Positions 40,880 to 41,867 of a stretch of DNA of 41,867 nucleotides are shown piece after piece; positions within the stretch are counted from its first letter, which is position 1; each line of letters opens with the position of its first letter. The translations under genes were made by a program, and so were the position numbers. The notes under the pieces are model-generated. The model did not search any database and was not told where the DNA came from. It was given only the letters and a program-made list of their open reading frames with translations. The DNA is taken from the NCBI GenBank assembly GCA_964395375.1, contig CAYNDW010000001.1, forward strand, positions 1 through 41,867. Direction: 5' to 3'. Origin of the DNA: an uncultured Cytophagia bacterium (lineage in GTDB: Bacteria > Zhuqueibacterota > Zhuqueibacteria > Zhuqueibacterales > Zhuqueibacteraceae).

Positions 40880-41867
40880 ATGACCTCTCTTCCTGTTTTA
40901 AACTCTTCCGTCATTCCCGAACATACGCACGCGGCAGCGCCAACTTCCGCTCTGAATAAAATCACGTGGGGCTATGGCAAAGAAGTTTCTTTTATCCAAC
41001 TCTTCAAAGCTTTGACGTTCAAGCGCGTGTGGAACGCAGTCCAAATACTCGCGGCGCTGCTGGTTGCAATCTTCACCAAACGCCCCGTAGTCTGGGGCGT
41101 GCCGCCCGTGCTCACTATCGAGCCGACCAACGTGTGCAATCTGCGCTGCCCGCTGTGCGTCACCGGCAACGGCACGATGGAACGTGCGTATGGCCGCATG
41201 GCGTTCGAAACGTTCACGCGTTTGATCGACGAGATTGGCGACCGTGTGCTCTATCTCGTTTTCTTCAATCAAGGCGAGCCGTATTTGCATCGACGTTTCA
41301 ATGAGTTTGTGGTTTATGCGAAGCGGCGCGGCATTTATGTCACTACGAGCACGAATGCGCATTATTTCGACGCGGAGACCGCGGAGGCGACGGTGCGCAG
41401 CGGCATGGATACGCTCGTGCTCTCGGTTGACGGCGCGGAACAAGAAACCTATGCGCAGTATCGCGTCGGCGGATCGCTCGCCAAAGTGCAAAACGGCATT
41501 CGCGCGCTCGTGGAAGCAAAGCAGCGTTTGCGCAGCAAAACGCCGTATCTCTACATGCAATTCCTCGTGATGCAACACAATGAGCACGAGTTGCCCGCGA
41601 TGAAACGTATGGCGCGCGAGCTTGGCGTGGATCGCTTCTTGGTCAAAACCACGCAAGTTGAAACTTTCGAAGAAGCGCAAGCTTGGCTGCCGCAAGCGGA
41701 CAAATATCGGCGCTATAACGTCGCGGAACATGAGCTCACGGTCAAGCGCGGCAAAGGCGTGTGCATTCGTCCGTGGCTCACCACGATGGTGAATTGGGAC
41801 GGCGGCGTTGTGCCGTGTTGTTTTGATAAAAACGCCCACCACCTCACCGGCGAGTTGCGCCCGGATA
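40880..41867 (+). CDS. radical SAM / SPASM-type domain protein, partial (3' end beyond window)
   Basis: Missing from the ORF track because it is open at the window edge. Manual + strand translation from ATG 40880 gives MTSLPVLNSS...FKRVWNAVQILAALLVAIFTKRPVVWGVPPVLTIEPTNVCNLRCPLCVTGNG... (CxxxCxxC), then ...FFNQGEPYLH..., ...TTSTNAHYF... and ...LSVDGAEQETY... The Cys-rich tail reads GVCIRPWLTTMVNWDGGVVPCCFDKN. The 314-aa minus ORF 40898..41842 is its antisense shadow. Confidence 0.85.
   Translation, partial: MTSLPVLNSSVIPEHTHAAAPTSALNKITWGYGKEVSFIQLFKALTFKRVWNAVQILAALLVAIFTKRPVVWGVPPVLTIEPTNVCNLRCPLCVTGNGTMERAYGRMAFETFTRLIDEIGDRVLYLVFFNQGEPYLHRRFNEFVVYAKRRGIYVTTSTNAHYFDAETAEATVRSGMDTLVLSVDGAEQETYAQYRVGGSLAKVQNGIRALVEAKQRLRSKTPYLYMQFLVMQHNEHELPAMKRMARELGVDRFLVKTTQVETFEEAQAWLPQADKYRRYNVAEHELTVKRGKGVCIRPWLTTMVNWDGGVVPCCFDKNAHHLTGELRPD

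Noticed and set aside
40898-41842. 314-aa minus-strand ORF at the right edge
   Set aside because: The + strand over the same bases encodes a clear radical SAM protein (CNLRCPLC and a SPASM-like Cys tail). The minus-frame product is Arg/His/Ala-rich with no motifs.

Overview
About 33 kb of this window (3183-35883) is one co-directional minus-strand block of core gene-expression genes. In transcription order it holds a tRNA array (Thr-Tyr-Gly-Thr), rpmG, tRNA-Trp, secE-nusG, rplKAJL, rpoBC, rpsL-rpsG-fusA-tuf, then the S10, spc and alpha operons ending in rplQ. The accessory content sits at the two edges. On the left, a visibly AT-richer islet (about 1421-3182) lies between a GC-rich partial hutU and rplQ. 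It carries a ParD/ParE toxin-antitoxin pair and a 279-aa protein that joins a TIR / nucleoside-2-deoxyribosyltransferase-like domain to a four-helix membrane module; this is my best candidate for an undescribed defence or abortive-infection element. On the right are an RlmD/RumA-type rRNA methyltransferase, an M24 peptidase and a divergent LarA-fold protein that seems to lack the canonical catalytic and cofactor-tether residues. Next comes a 555-nt spacer with an orphan plus-strand unit ending in a strong intrinsic terminator, then a partial radical SAM/SPASM gene. I recovered three genes missing from the ORF track by hand translation (hutU, rpmJ, rpmG), corrected several over-extended starts, and folded five tRNAs by eye. 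Family assignments rest on recognised motifs and memory, not on searches. No CRISPR array, IS element or integrase was seen.
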